A stretch of 62,000 nucleotides of DNA from Vicugna vicugna (lineage: Eukaryota), in assembly GCA_013265495.1 (NCBI GenBank), contig MU058687.1:1736001-1798000 (forward strand), read 5' to 3'. The first letter of the stretch is position 1; each line of letters begins with the position of its first letter. Positions 1 through 62,000 of the stretch are shown piece by piece. The notes under the pieces were generated by a model. The model worked only from the letters and a program-made list of their open reading frames with translations, did no database searches and was not told the origin of the DNA. Both the position numbers and the translations under genes were made by a program.

Positions 1-45
1 AACAGCCTAAATGTCCATCAACAGATGATTGGATAAAGAAGCTGT
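1..45 (+). mobile_element. L1 fragment (3' ORF2 region), cut by the window edge
   Basis: cctaaatgtccatcaacagatgattggataaagaa is typical L1 3' sequence. Confidence 0.7.
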
Positions 46-164
46 TGAACAGTTCACTTTTAATGATTTTCTTTTCTGACTCATCCCATGCTCCTGTTTA
101 GGTGGGAAGGGAAGTTTACTGCAGAAGGGTCTTAGTAGAAAGTACCTACTCTTTGTCAAGCATT

Positions 165-330
165 TTTCATTAGTTATTTCCTTTAGTCTTCTTAACAGTT
201 TTGTTGGTATTTATTACTCATGTTTTATAGACAAGGAAAAAAGATTCAGAGAGGTTAAATAATTTGTCCCAGGTCATGCTGTTAATAAATGGTGATGCCA
301 AGTTTGAGAGCCAGGTCTCTCTGGCTCATT
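165..330 (-). mobile_element. MIR SINE
   Basis: cagagaggttaaataatttgtcccaggtca is the reverse-strand MIR core. Confidence 0.8.
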
Positions 331-1156
331 CTCCACCCACATGCAGACAAGTTCTGATGTGTCCAGCCATTTTTGGCATGACCCGCATCCTGGATTCTCC
401 TTCTACCCTCCTGTAACTAGATCTCAGGAAAAATGATATCATCCTTTTTAGCAGATCAGGCCTGGAAAAGGGGACTCTTTCTGCTCTCATCAGCAGTACC
501 CAGTTCTAGATATTCCTTCCAAATCTACCTTTACGTATGGTAGCCAGATACTATATTGATTTATTGAACTAGGTAACAAATTGGCTCAGGGCTTTTTCTT
601 TTATTTAGTTCATTTTCCAGTGGGATTTAGATCTGCTCTTTTTCCAAGTTCTCCTTCTGGACCCCAGATAAGACTCCCCACTTAGGTTTTCAACCCCAAT
701 CCAAAGCCAAAGTAAAGAGAATTTCCTTTATACAATAGCATTTGACAGACAGCGAGCACTGACTAATGTCAGCACTTTCCAGTTTCCGGGATTACAGCTT
801 CAGCTGGGACTTCATTTCTGGAGAGGGCTAGTGGGTCGATTCCAAAACTAGTGCTGTGATATGTTTAGTAATCTCTTAGGCCTTGGATACATTATTATTT
901 TCTCTATCAAATCTTTTCTTTCCTTCCCTTCCTAGACCATCTTTTATTAAGTTTTTCCTTAATATGTCTAAATCTTAATAGGAATTTCTGTTATTTCTAT
1001 GATTGCTGGCTTTATTATGAGTATTTCAAGTCGGGTGGTTAGGATTATTTTGGAGAAGTAGCTACAAATTATTTTGTCTTTGTCAAAAGTTGTAGTGTTT
1101 TACACTTGAAAATAAAAAAAATTTTTTCCTCTCTTTTCCTTTCTTTCCTCTTTCAG

Positions 1157-3420
1157 TATTTCTTGATTGCTTGGTGTGCTTTGTGTAGTGCAGGCTGTTT
1201 GGTGTAGGTCAGTGAATGAGACATGGCCCCTGCCCTCAAGTCGTGGGAAGGAGCAGACATGAAATGTTACATGACAGCCCAGTAATAGAGTGACTCAGGT
1301 GCTCTTGGAATATATAAGGAGCTGCCAGCTTTACCTGGGGAGTCAGGGAAAGCCATTCCTAGCAGAGGGACTGTGACATGCAAAATGTAGTGTCATGGCA
1401 GGATGTGGCATTTTTTGAGATGGAAGTTCAATGTGACTAAGTAGAGCCTGCACTGGATGAGGTGGCAGGAGGTAAAGTTATGGAAGTAGATTGGGGCCTG
1501 ATTGTAAAGGACTGGTGCGTTTAAATTCATGCTGTAGACAACAGCCCCTGCATTTTGGATCAGAGGAACACTAGGATTATTGTTTTTCCTTTAACTTTTA
1601 TCACTATTTGTCCCGAAGCTTGGGATGACAGAATTTCAATGAAGGGGATAGCGTATGACATTATTAGAAGTGACTAATTTAAAATCCTCCAGGAACCATC
1701 CTGGCAGTGGTGTCTCTTGCTGGGCCAATTCACTGCCTGTCTCTCTATCTGACTGTTAGATTTGTGTCTCAGAAAGGCAATTCTGATGGCCATGTGGAGA
1801 ATAGGCCAGTGCTAGAGAAATGATTTGGGAGTAAGAGGTATGCAGGGATAATATACACTTAACCATGTGACCCAGAAAGCCCACTCATAGGTATTTACCC
1901 AAGAAAAATGAAGCCATGTGTTCACACAAGTACCTTTACATGAATGTTTATAGCAGTTTTATTCACAATTGCCAAAAATTGAAAGAAACCCAAATGTCCA
2001 TCAGCACAATGGATAAGCATATTGTGGTATGTCCATAAAATGGACCACTACTGAGCAATAAAAGAAGTGAACTACACTACTGACGTGTGCAGTAACATAG
2101 ATGAATCTCAAAAGCACAGTGCTAAGTGACATAAGCCACTCTCAGAAGGCGACATACCATTTGACTTTCCGGAAGAGGCAGAAATCACATGAGTGATTGC
2201 TGATGGATGGGGAGTGAGGACTGACTGTGAAGTAGCAAAAGGGAATGTCTGTGATAGAATTGTTCTACGTGCTGATTGTGGTGGTAGTTAAACAACCATA
2301 TACATTTGTCAGAACTCATCAAATTTTATAATATAAAAGGGTGAATTTTACTGTATTTAAATTATACCTCAATAAACCCATCTTAAAACAAGAAACAATA
2401 ATAAATGAATAAACCTCAAAAACATGCTAAATGAAAGAAGTCAGATTCAAAAAAAGTGTAGACTGTCTGCTTCCATTTACGTGAAACTCTAGAATAGGCA
2501 AAACTGATCTGTGGTGTAAAAAATAATAAGAGTAATAGTTGTCTGGGAATGTGACGGGGCAACAGGGTATTTACCATGAAGGGGCATGAGGGGTGATGGA
2601 AGTATTCTGTGTGGGTTGACATGAGTGTGGATACATGGATGTATCCAATTGTCACGACTCCTCAATAGTACACTTAAGATCTGTCCATTTCATTCAATAG
2701 ATCAGTTTTACCTCAGAAGGGAATATAGAGATAGGCTGGACTAAAGAGAAAGAGATCTGGTGATGTGTCGGATTTGGGAGGTGGTGAAGAGGGTTTCTAG
2801 CTTTGGAGACTAGTGCATGGGGTTTTCCAAGATGGAGAATAATGGGAAGCCAAACAGGTTTTGGGCAAAGATAACGAGCTGTGTTTTGTTGAGTGTTGAG
2901 TACCTGTGGGGTACTCTAGTGAAGATGTCTAGCTAAGGCATTTGGAATTATGGATTTGGTGTCTAGGAGACACTTGACTGAAGATAGAGATTTGAATGTC
3001 ATCATCATAATATTAATTGCAGCCGTGAGAATACATGGGGCCACCCAAGAAGAGAAGTAGAACTGAGAAGGAAAAAGACCTGAGGATGACACCCTGAGCA
3101 AATCTACCAGTGACTTGTTGGGCAGAAGAGAAGGAATAAGAGGAGGAGGGAAAGGAGGGAAACAATCAGAAGAGAGCAGTGTCCTGGAACCAAGGGAGAG
3201 GAAAGTTGCAATAAGTAAGGGGTGGTCAGTGGTTTCAGACGCTTGGGCTTAAAGCAGCAGCGTGGTCTTTGGTGATCATGGTGAGAAGAGGCAATTATTA
3301 AAGAGTGGCAGCAGAAGCAAATTCTTATGGCTCAGAGAGTGAAGAGGCATAAGGAAAGTTATGGTGGCTAAGCCTAGGTTGCTTTTCCAGGAAGCTGCTT
3401 TAAAGAAATAGGGAAGAAAG
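1157..3420 (-). mobile_element. Degenerate L2 LINE, interrupted by L1 pieces at ~1855-2715
   Basis: gagacatggcccctgccctcaag near the L2 3' end, then purine-rich L2-type sequence resuming after 2715. Confidence 0.7.
1855..2715 (+). mobile_element. Two adjacent old L1 (L1MC/MD/ME-type) 3' ends nested in the L2
   Basis: ggtatttacccaagaaaaatgaa...cccaaatgtccatca...tatacctcaataaa plus an A-rich tail; a second 3' UTR piece starts at ~2405. Confidence 0.85.
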
Positions 3421-6293
3421 GGTGCTGATGTGAAGTACAAGGTGGAGTCAAGCTTCTTACCTTGACTAGGCACAGTTTCAAGTGTGTTTCGATTTGGCTA
3501 GGGCTGAAGGAATTGCATCTCACCAAGGAAAATTTGCCGGAGGAAACATTGTTGAATAAGGTGGTAGCAATTGTCCTTCGAAAATACCTGCTGTTTGTCA
3601 CGATGAAGACAACACAGAGGAACAAAGAAAGTAGCTCTCAGAACTGGAAAAGCCTAGCTTGCCTGCGCCTTTTACTGACAGAACACGGGTATATCTCATT
3701 CTGGATACTGAATTTTTGTAATTCTAGACGCTGCTGCTAAAACACACAACATTGAAAGGTGAGGAAGTTTAATAGTCTCAGTATAGCCTACTTTTTACCT
3801 TTTAAAATCTTTAATGTCCACAGACAATCATAAGTTAAAAGGGTCGTTATGAGGACTCTAGTAGCCTGCCAAGGGCACGAATGATTTTGATTAAGCTGAG
3901 TTGATTGTTGTAAGAGGTAAACTCGATACAAATGCTCCCTTTTTCACCCCGGTCCTCTCCCCCAGCCTCTCAGGTGAGCTGGGCTTTGCACTGTGTTGTA
4001 GTGCTGCCCCAAACCCCACTCTGCAGTCGTGTGAGCCCTGAGCTGGTGCAGGTACAGATGTTAGATTCAGAGCTGATTCTGAGATTGTTTAACACTGGTA
4101 GGTCTTAAACACTTGCAAGTAAAGGGTGTTTTCTCTCTCTGGGGTGGTTTCCCCCAACCTCCTGCCCTTACTTTCCAGAATATTGGTTCTTAGCCTTTCA
4201 ACTGAGAGTCTTGGAATTTGCCTCTTAATTTGGGAGATAGTTAATGTGTCAACTGCTTATTGTGAGATATTTAAATAATAGGTTTCAGTGATTGTTAATT
4301 CTTATTTCAATTTGTGTTCATTTGTGGCTAATTCTGCAAATCTGATCAATATGTGCCTCAATCATTATTCTCTCCCTGTTCCTTATGCTGTTGTTATTAA
4401 TAATATCATTTTATGAAGCAGTCGAATCCTGTGCTTCAGCTTTTAAAAACAGAAGAGAATGTTACTTTTCTTGAATCAGACTCACTTTAAACTTTCTCCT
4501 GCTTGTGTAATGTTAATATAGACTGTAAATATTGCAATTAGATTTTTTCTTTTAAGTGCCTTTGTTAGTGCTATATCACAAAAAGATTTTTCTCAGATTT
4601 AAAGAGGCAATATTCTATGGGGTGACTGAAGATTAGGTGAAATATTCGGAAGAATGTCCTGGCCATAAAAGCTATGAATTTGTTACCAAAAGAAGACAAG
4701 TGAAGGAGCTTTCTTTCCTTTATACTTTATAGATAACATACGATTTTTGTGTAGTTACATGAAGGTGAATCCTATCTCAGACTCTCTTATAGTTTGTGAT
4801 TATTTTTTACAAATTAAATGGAACCCTAAATAAGTACTATGGAAGCCAACTCCTTCATGGAAACTTCCTGAGAGAGAATTCGAATAGGAATATCTACTTG
4901 AATCCATATTGCATAAATAGGAATTCTGGACATAGGTTTACTGAGGATACAGATATTGACAAGTGGTGATTAATAAAGAGGATAAAGGAAACCAAGGATG
5001 CTAATGAACTATCAGAGAGAGATGAATTTCCCATGCTCCACAGAGAGAAACAGGTGGAGTCGTGAGGAGGATCCAGGTCTCTAGGGTCCCATTCTAGGAT
5101 TCTTGGTACTACACCAGACTTCCCATGCTCTAAAAGAGTCTTTGGTACCATTTGTTTAGAAGCCTACATTTATTTTTCTATGTTTTTGAGAGGATTGATA
5201 AATGGGAAAATCTGTCTGCAAGGAAGGGATTTTGTTTCAAATGAATTTCTAGAAAATACCTGGCTGTGTTCTGTGGGTGTGAGCTGTGGCCTCTGACCTC
5301 TGGTCAAACTGTAAGGAAGCTAGTCTTTTCTCTTGGAAAGAAAGTGTGTGTAAACAGTTTGAGGGACAGAGAGTGGGATGTTTGGGAATGAATGGGACTT
5401 AAGAAATCTGATGTATGATGTATGTATACTAAGGAGGACTGTGGAGAGCGTCTCACTAATGATAATAATAAGAGTAAAGGTTGCCAGCTGAGGTTCCAAA
5501 GTCAGCCTCTCATCTCTGCATGCCGGGAGAAGAGCCACCTCACGGTCTGACTTTGGTCTTTGCAGCAGTTGGGGAGTTAAGGGACGAGAATCAGTAAAGA
5601 ATCCAGAAGGTGTAGCAGTTTGATCTCTGGCTCCCTCCCTTCTTAAATAATATTAGTGGTGCAGGATGGCTTGTCATAGTCCTGCTCTGCTGCCACTTGC
5701 TCCCTCATTTTTCTTCTGTCTTTCTGTGTTGGGCCAATGTATTTTATTTTCTATCTCCAAAGGGAACTGAAACCATAGGACAGTGGGAAGAATAAATATG
5801 TTTTACACATTTAAATGTCTTCTTGATTTAGATTGCAAAAGCATCGTCTTGGTTTAAGAAAATTTGGTGGAAAGATCCTAGAGAGATGTGTTCAATAGAT
5901 TTTTCTGTTTTCAGAGTGTGGTGGGAAAGTGGTCAGGGAGAACAATCCAGAACAAGCCCAAAGCAACATTGATACTGGATGCACCTGTTGCATTCTTTTT
6001 CCTAAATTTTTTCACCATTATGCACAGCAGCAGAATCACACCTGTTGACTCTAGAGTCAGATCACTTTCTGTGTAGAGTTCAGGAACAACAGTAGAGTGT
6101 TGATAAAAACAGTGGAATTTTATAGCATTCTTTTCTTACTGTCTCTAGAGCTTGGTTAATTTCTCCTGAATTTGAAAGATTCTCTACTACTACTTCTTCT
6201 GGATACTTACACTCAGCAAGTTTCAAGGCCTCTGATGGGAGTTGACTGGATTCAGTATTTCGGATGTTTGTTCGGTTGTGACACGGAAAATGA

Positions 6294-55981
<49,688 letters not shown>

Positions 55982-56469
55982 GTGAGTGAGAAAATGAAAG
56001 GCAATCTGCAATGTCAGCTCCTTCCCTCCCCAATTAAAAAGAATGTCATCTCTTCCCTTTGCGTTTTCTTTTGGAAGGTAAAGGGACACATGCTGCAGAG
56101 TTCTGATGTGACAAAGGAAGAGTCTGGCATTTGGTCCAGTGGCATTCATTCATTGATAGAAAATGAGACAGGAGTTTTTAGGTGCTGGGAATAAAGAGAC
56201 GAGTAAGACAGGACTTCTGTTTACTAGGAAATTACAGTCTAGTCAGGAGATTTCGCATTGCAGATAACTGTAGATCTCTGAGTGTGCTATATGCATTCTT
56301 TCTGATTCAAGTAGTTTATTCCCAACATCAGACATACTAGTATTTTTCATTTTTCAGTGCATTTAACGTCAAGTATGACCTGAATAAATAACCAAAGAAT
56401 TCTTAAAACAGGGTATTTAATTTTAGATGAGGTAGATCCGTATTATTGGTCAAGTTTTTTCCCCATATT

Positions 56470-58000
56470 TTGACAATAGTTTTATTGATATATAGTTTAT
56501 ATACCATAAAATTCACCACTTTAAAGTATTCAATTTGGTGGTTTTTAGTATATTCATGAAGTTGTGCATCCAACACCACCATCTTATTTTAGAATATTTT
56601 CATTATCCTAAAAGAAACCTCATACCTGTTAGCCGTCACTGTCCATTTCCTCCTCCCACTGCCCCTGGCAACTGCTAAACTGCTTTCTGTATCCATAGGT
56701 TTGTTTATTTTGGACATCTCATGTAAGTGGAATCATGTAATTTGTGGTCTTTTGTGAATGACTTCTTTCACTTACAGTATTTTCAAGGCTCATCCATTTT
56801 GTAGCATGTATCAGTACTTATCCCTTTTATGGCTGAATAATATTCCATTGATTAGCTGTACACTTTTTGTTTATCCATATATCAGTCGATAGACACTTTG
56901 GTTGTTTTTACTTTTTGGCTATTATGAATAATGCTGCTATGAGCATTCATGTACAAGTTTTTGTGTGGCCTTATGTTTTCATTTCTCTTGGGTGTGTACC
57001 TAGTAGTGGAATTGCTAGGTCATATGATAACTTTGTGGTTCCTCTCTTTGAGGAACTTCCAAACTGTTTTCCAAAGTATGTGAAGGTTCCAATTTCCCCA
57101 CATGCTTGTCAACACTTATTATTGTCTCTTCTTTTGATTTTCCCTGTACTGGTGGGTTTGAAGTAGTGTCTCATTTTTGTGGTTATTATTTGCACTTCCC
57201 TAATGACTAATGGTGTTGAAATCTTTTCATGTGCTTATTGGCCATCTGTATACATTTCTTTAGGTAAATGTCTATTCAAATCCTTTGTCCATTTGTGAAT
57301 TGCAATCTTAGTCTTTTTATTGTTGAGCTGTAAGTGTTCTTTATATGTTCTGGGTACAAGTCCCTTGCCAGATACATGATTTAGAAATATTTTCTCTCAT
57401 TCTGTTGATTGCCATTTCTTTTTCTTGAAGCACAAAATTTTTTAATTTTGATGAAGTCTAATTTATTTTTTCTTTTGTTGCTTGTGCTTTTGATACCATA
57501 TTTGAAAAACCAAGGTCACAAAGATTTATATGTGTTTTTTCCTAAGAATTTTATAGTTTAGATTCTTATATGCAGATCTTTTATCCATTTTGATTTAATT
57601 TTTGTATGGTGTGGCATAAAGGTCTAACATCATTGTTTTGCATGTGGATATTCAGTTGTCCCAGCACCATTTGTCAAAAAAGTATTATTTCCCTGTTTAA
57701 TTGTCTTGGCACTTAATCATAAATGTAAAGGTTTATTTCTGGAGTATCAACTCTATTCCACTGATCTATATGTCTGTTCCTGTGTTATGATTGTCTTCAT
57801 TACTATAGCATTATAGTAAGTTTTGAAATCACCAATAGTGATTTGTATAACTTTTTTCTTCTCTTTCATATTCTTTAAGCTATTCTGGATCTCTTGCAGT
57901 TTCATATGAACTTTAGGATCAGCTTGTCGATTTTTGCAAAGATAGGCAGATGGGATTTTGATAGAGATTCCATTAAATCAGTAGATTGGAGAGTATCTTA
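56470..58000 (-). mobile_element. Antisense L1 (L1MB-like) 3' portion
   Basis: ttttattgatatatagttt...gctattatgaataatgctgctatgagcattcatgtacaag...cccagcaccatttg. Confidence 0.92.
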
Positions 58001-58649
58001 ACATTGGTCAAGTTTTTAAACACTTTAGTAATATCCATATTAAGGTGAGTTACAGTTAAGCTATGTTTTATAAATAGCCGATTTGTATTTCTTAATCAGA
58101 ATCTGATGTCAAATGAAATGGATATTATAATACGAAGTTTGAATCAGAGATATTAAATGGTCTAGTTTAATAAGTCATAAATATGAATATTCACATACAT
58201 ATGTTTTTGCAAATTCCAAATGATTATTCTTATCATTTAATCTTCTAAAATCAGTAGTAATAATATTTATCAATAATGTTCAGGTTTAAGTTTTTTTCTC
58301 CCATGTGAGAGAAATTCAGGGAGATCAATGTCTCCAGTACCTGTATTATCATCAAAACTTCTTTTTTAAATCTTCCTTTTGCATACCTTTCCCAGAGGAT
58401 AAGGAACAGAAGAACGTAGTCAGTTCAAAAATATTTCTTAATTTCTGTTGTGACTTCTTTTTTGACCCATGGATTGTTTATAAGTATATTGTTTAATTTT
58501 CAGAGTGTTGGCATTCTCTACTTCTTATAAGTGGCTTTTAGCTTAATTCCACTCTGGTCAGAAAACATATCTGAATGGGTTAAACAGTAGTAGACAACAA
58601 TATATAGGTAACAATATATACTCAACAATATAATAATAGACAACAATAA

Positions 58650-61600
58650 TAGCCTATAAGTGATTGGAGTCAAATTTCTCTGTGGTGATTAAATAGTTTG
58701 GGAATGAGATTATGATACTATTTAACTTTAAACTTTTCCAAGATTAGATACAGTGTCAAATTTCAAAGGTCACCACTAAAAAAGTTGAAATACAGAAATT
58801 TAAACATGGGAAAAAGAAAAATGGGTTGGGGTGGGAAAAACACCCACAAACAGAAGCACACAAGCATAAAGAAGTAGAAATGTAAAAGATGATAAACCGA
58901 GTTCTAATGTATCAAGAGTCAAATAAATATAAATGAGTTGAACCTGTTAAAAGAGTGTCAGATTGAATTTGTTTTAAATCCAGCTGTATATTGTTTACCA
59001 AAGAAAGACACATGTAAAGATAAGGACGTGAAATGGTTGAAAGTAAAAGGATGAAGAAGGAAGTACCATGTAAATACCAAAAAGGTGGTATAGCTATATT
59101 AATATATGCTAATTAACTTAAAATCTCTGACTGTATTAGGCTTTAAGATATAAAATTTTCTTACAGACATAGAGAATAATTACATAAAAACAAGAGGTTT
59201 AGTTCAGCAGAAAGATAAAACAGTTCCGAGTGCACCTAAGAAAATAACCTCCAAATAAATAGAGCGAAAACTGATAAAACTACATGAGGAATCTACAAAT
59301 CCACTGTCTTGGTGGGAGATTTCCATATATTTCTACCTATTATTAATAGATAAACAGATTTTGTAAATCAGCAAAGATAAGGAGGATTTGAACAAGATGA
59401 TAAGCTTTATCTACTACTCATTTATGAAACTGTTTACCCAATAATTAGAGAAGACACCTTCTCAAGTACACATGATACATTTGTAAAAACCCAGTCATGT
59501 CATACTTACATCATAAAATAAGACAACAGATGTCAAAGAATTGGTATCATAACAGCCACATTCTCTGTCCACACTGCTTTTAAATTAAATGTCAATAACA
59601 AAAAAGATGTGTGACAAGTCCCCATGTATTTCAAAATTAAAAAGAGTCAAAGAAGAAATCATAATGGAAATAGGTGTAAAGGTATTATAATTGAAAAATA
59701 ATGAAAAAACTTGATGTTCAGATGTGTGGAGAGCAATGAAAGTCAGTGTTTGGAGGGAAATTTACTGCCTTAAATACTTATATTTGAAAAGAAGCAAGGA
59801 TGAAAATTAATGTGCTAAGTATCTGATTTCATATGTTATAAAAACAGCAATATTGTAAGTCTAAAGGAGAAAGAAAGAAATAACAGAGCAAAAATTATAG
59901 AATTCAAAAATAAAGTACAGCAGAGAAAATGTCAAAGCCAAAAGCTCTTTGAAAAGCCTAATAAGAGGGAGAAACCTCTGGAGAGACTAATCAAGAGAGA
60001 AGACATGGATAAATAACATAAGGGATAGGAAAGCAGACAGAAAATACAGATGTAGCACAGGTGACAAAAATATTAGAATACTGTTAACTGCTCTATTCCA
60101 ATGAAACTGAAAACCTATACAAAATGGATAGTGCCTACAAAAGTACAGCATAAGTAAAATTGGCTCAAGAAGATGGAGAAAGCCTGAATGGTCCTGTAAG
60201 TATTAAAGTCATTGATATAGTAGTTAAAAATCTTCTTACAAAGAAAGCGTGAGGCACAGATTGTTAGTAAGTAAGTCTTGACAATCTTTTAAGGGACAGA
60301 TAATTCCAATCTAAAATTCTTCTAGAGTGTGGAAAAGAGACAGTAATCCTTAACTCATTCTGTGTGGCCTGTTTAATCTTGATAACAAAACCAGTTAAGG
60401 GCAGTATTAGAGAGGGAGATTACAGACAGCTTCATTTGTGAACACATGCAAAATTTCTAATCAAAATGTAAGCCAGCCACATCTAGCAACATATGAAAGA
60501 GATAAGATACCATAAACAAGTTTATCCAAGGAATACAGGAGGGGTCTAACATTAGAAAATCTATAAATGTTGTTTGTTACATCAACAGATTAAAGGAGAA
60601 AAACTGTATTCATCATCTTAGTAGATGCAGAAAATCTGATAAAATTCTATGCTCATTCATGCTAATAACTCTCAGCATGTTAGAAGAGAAGGAAGCCTTC
60701 TTAACTTGAAAAAGGGTATCTGCCAGAATCTTACAAGAGGTATCAGTGTAAATGGAGAAATGTTGAAAGCTTTCCTTTTAAGGTTAAGAGCAAGAAGAGG
60801 ATGCCCCCTAACATTGCTTCTATTCAGTGTTTTATTAGAGGTCAAGAGCCAGCATAAGACAAGAAAAAGAAATTAGAAGCATAAGGGTCAAAAGGGAGGA
60901 AATAAAATGTATTTACTTGCAGATAATACATTATCTATATAAGAAAACTGAAAATAAGCTACAGATGCATTTTAGAAATAACTATTTTAGCAGCATAGAT
61001 GATCATAAAATCAATATTAAAAATCAATAACTTTTTAATATATTAGCAACAAAGAATTAGAAAACTTTTTTTGTATTGTGGTAAGATGTACATAATAAAA
61101 CTTGTCATTTTAAGTATTTTTAAGTGTACCATTCAGTGGTATTAAGTACATTCACACTGTTGTACAACCATATCACCAAGAAAACAGTGTTTTAGAAAGC
61201 ATCATTTACAATAGCATAAAAACTGTAAGCTATCTAGGGGTAAATTTAGGAAAGACTTTTATAATGAAATTTTACAAGACTTTGTTGAGAGACATTAGAG
61301 AAAACCTAAATAAATGAATAAATTAACTGTGTCCATGGATATGAAGAGTTCATATAATAAATGTTTCAGTTCTCATCAAATTGATCTCTGGATTCAACAC
61401 AATTCCAACCAAAATCTCAGCAGGTTTGTTGTTGTACTTTGCAAACCTATTCTAAAATGATAGTGAAAAGACAAAAGATCCAGGATAGTGAGAAACAACC
61501 TGCTGAAGAAGAAAAAAAAAAAAGATGGAAAAGTGCCTTATTAAGAATATAGTGATCATTAAGAAAGTATAGTTGTGGAAAAGGTACAAAGTGACTGGTG

Positions 61601-62000
61601 GAGCAGAATAGAAAGTTGGAAACAATCACACAGATAGATGAAACTTTGATAGATGACAGAGATGGCATTGTAGACAATAGAAAAGGAGGCATTTCTCAGT
61701 AAATGGTGCTGGGATAATTGGTTATCCATACAGGAATAAAAGTGAAATTAGATCCCTGCCTCACATTATCCATATTGTCAATTTCAGATGCAAAACTTTA
61801 AGCTTATAGAATAGAATAAGGGAGGCTATCTTTAAGATCTTATGGTAGGAAGCAAAAGTAAGACTCAGTAAGAAAAGACAGTAGAAAAATGTCAGTAGAA
61901 AATAATCAGTGATAATCAGAAATGAAGCAACGTGCACAACATCATTATTAATCAGGTGAATACAAATGAAGAATATGGTGAGATTTTACACTCTTAAAAG
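58650..62000 (+). mobile_element. Degenerate sense-strand L1 (endonuclease/RT region), with a short antisense L1 3' end nested at ~61066-61177
   Basis: ORF2-like remnants (NGEMLKAFLLRLRARRGCPL); nested ttttttttgtattgtggtaag...gtacaacc piece flanked by agaaaac on both sides. Confidence 0.88.

Overview
Mammalian genomic DNA containing the middle of the tubulin polyglutamylase gene TTLL5 (STAMP) on the + strand. I can splice 14 GT-AG exons (6325-55981, 1959 coding nt) into one continuous open frame from [28 protein letters not shown] to [11 protein letters not shown]. By my recollection of the human gene these are about exons 13-26, covering the end of the TTL catalytic domain and the downstream microtubule-binding, acidic and cofactor-interaction regions. 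Neither the start nor the stop codon is in the window. Two more in-frame cassette exons (42 nt and 39 nt) are well supported, and three weaker candidate exons are flagged. The introns are filled with old repeats (L1, L2, MIR, CR1/L3, MaLR and MER21-like LTRs, hAT DNA transposons). One tRNA-derived SINE resembles the camelid vic-1 family, which suggests a camel/alpaca-type genome. Most of the supplied ORF track is intronic noise. I see no wholly new multi-gene system; the best leads are the small regulated or cryptic exons, the RPxSA motifs they change, and several poly(A)-only insertion scars. Repeat family names and boundaries are by-eye estimates.
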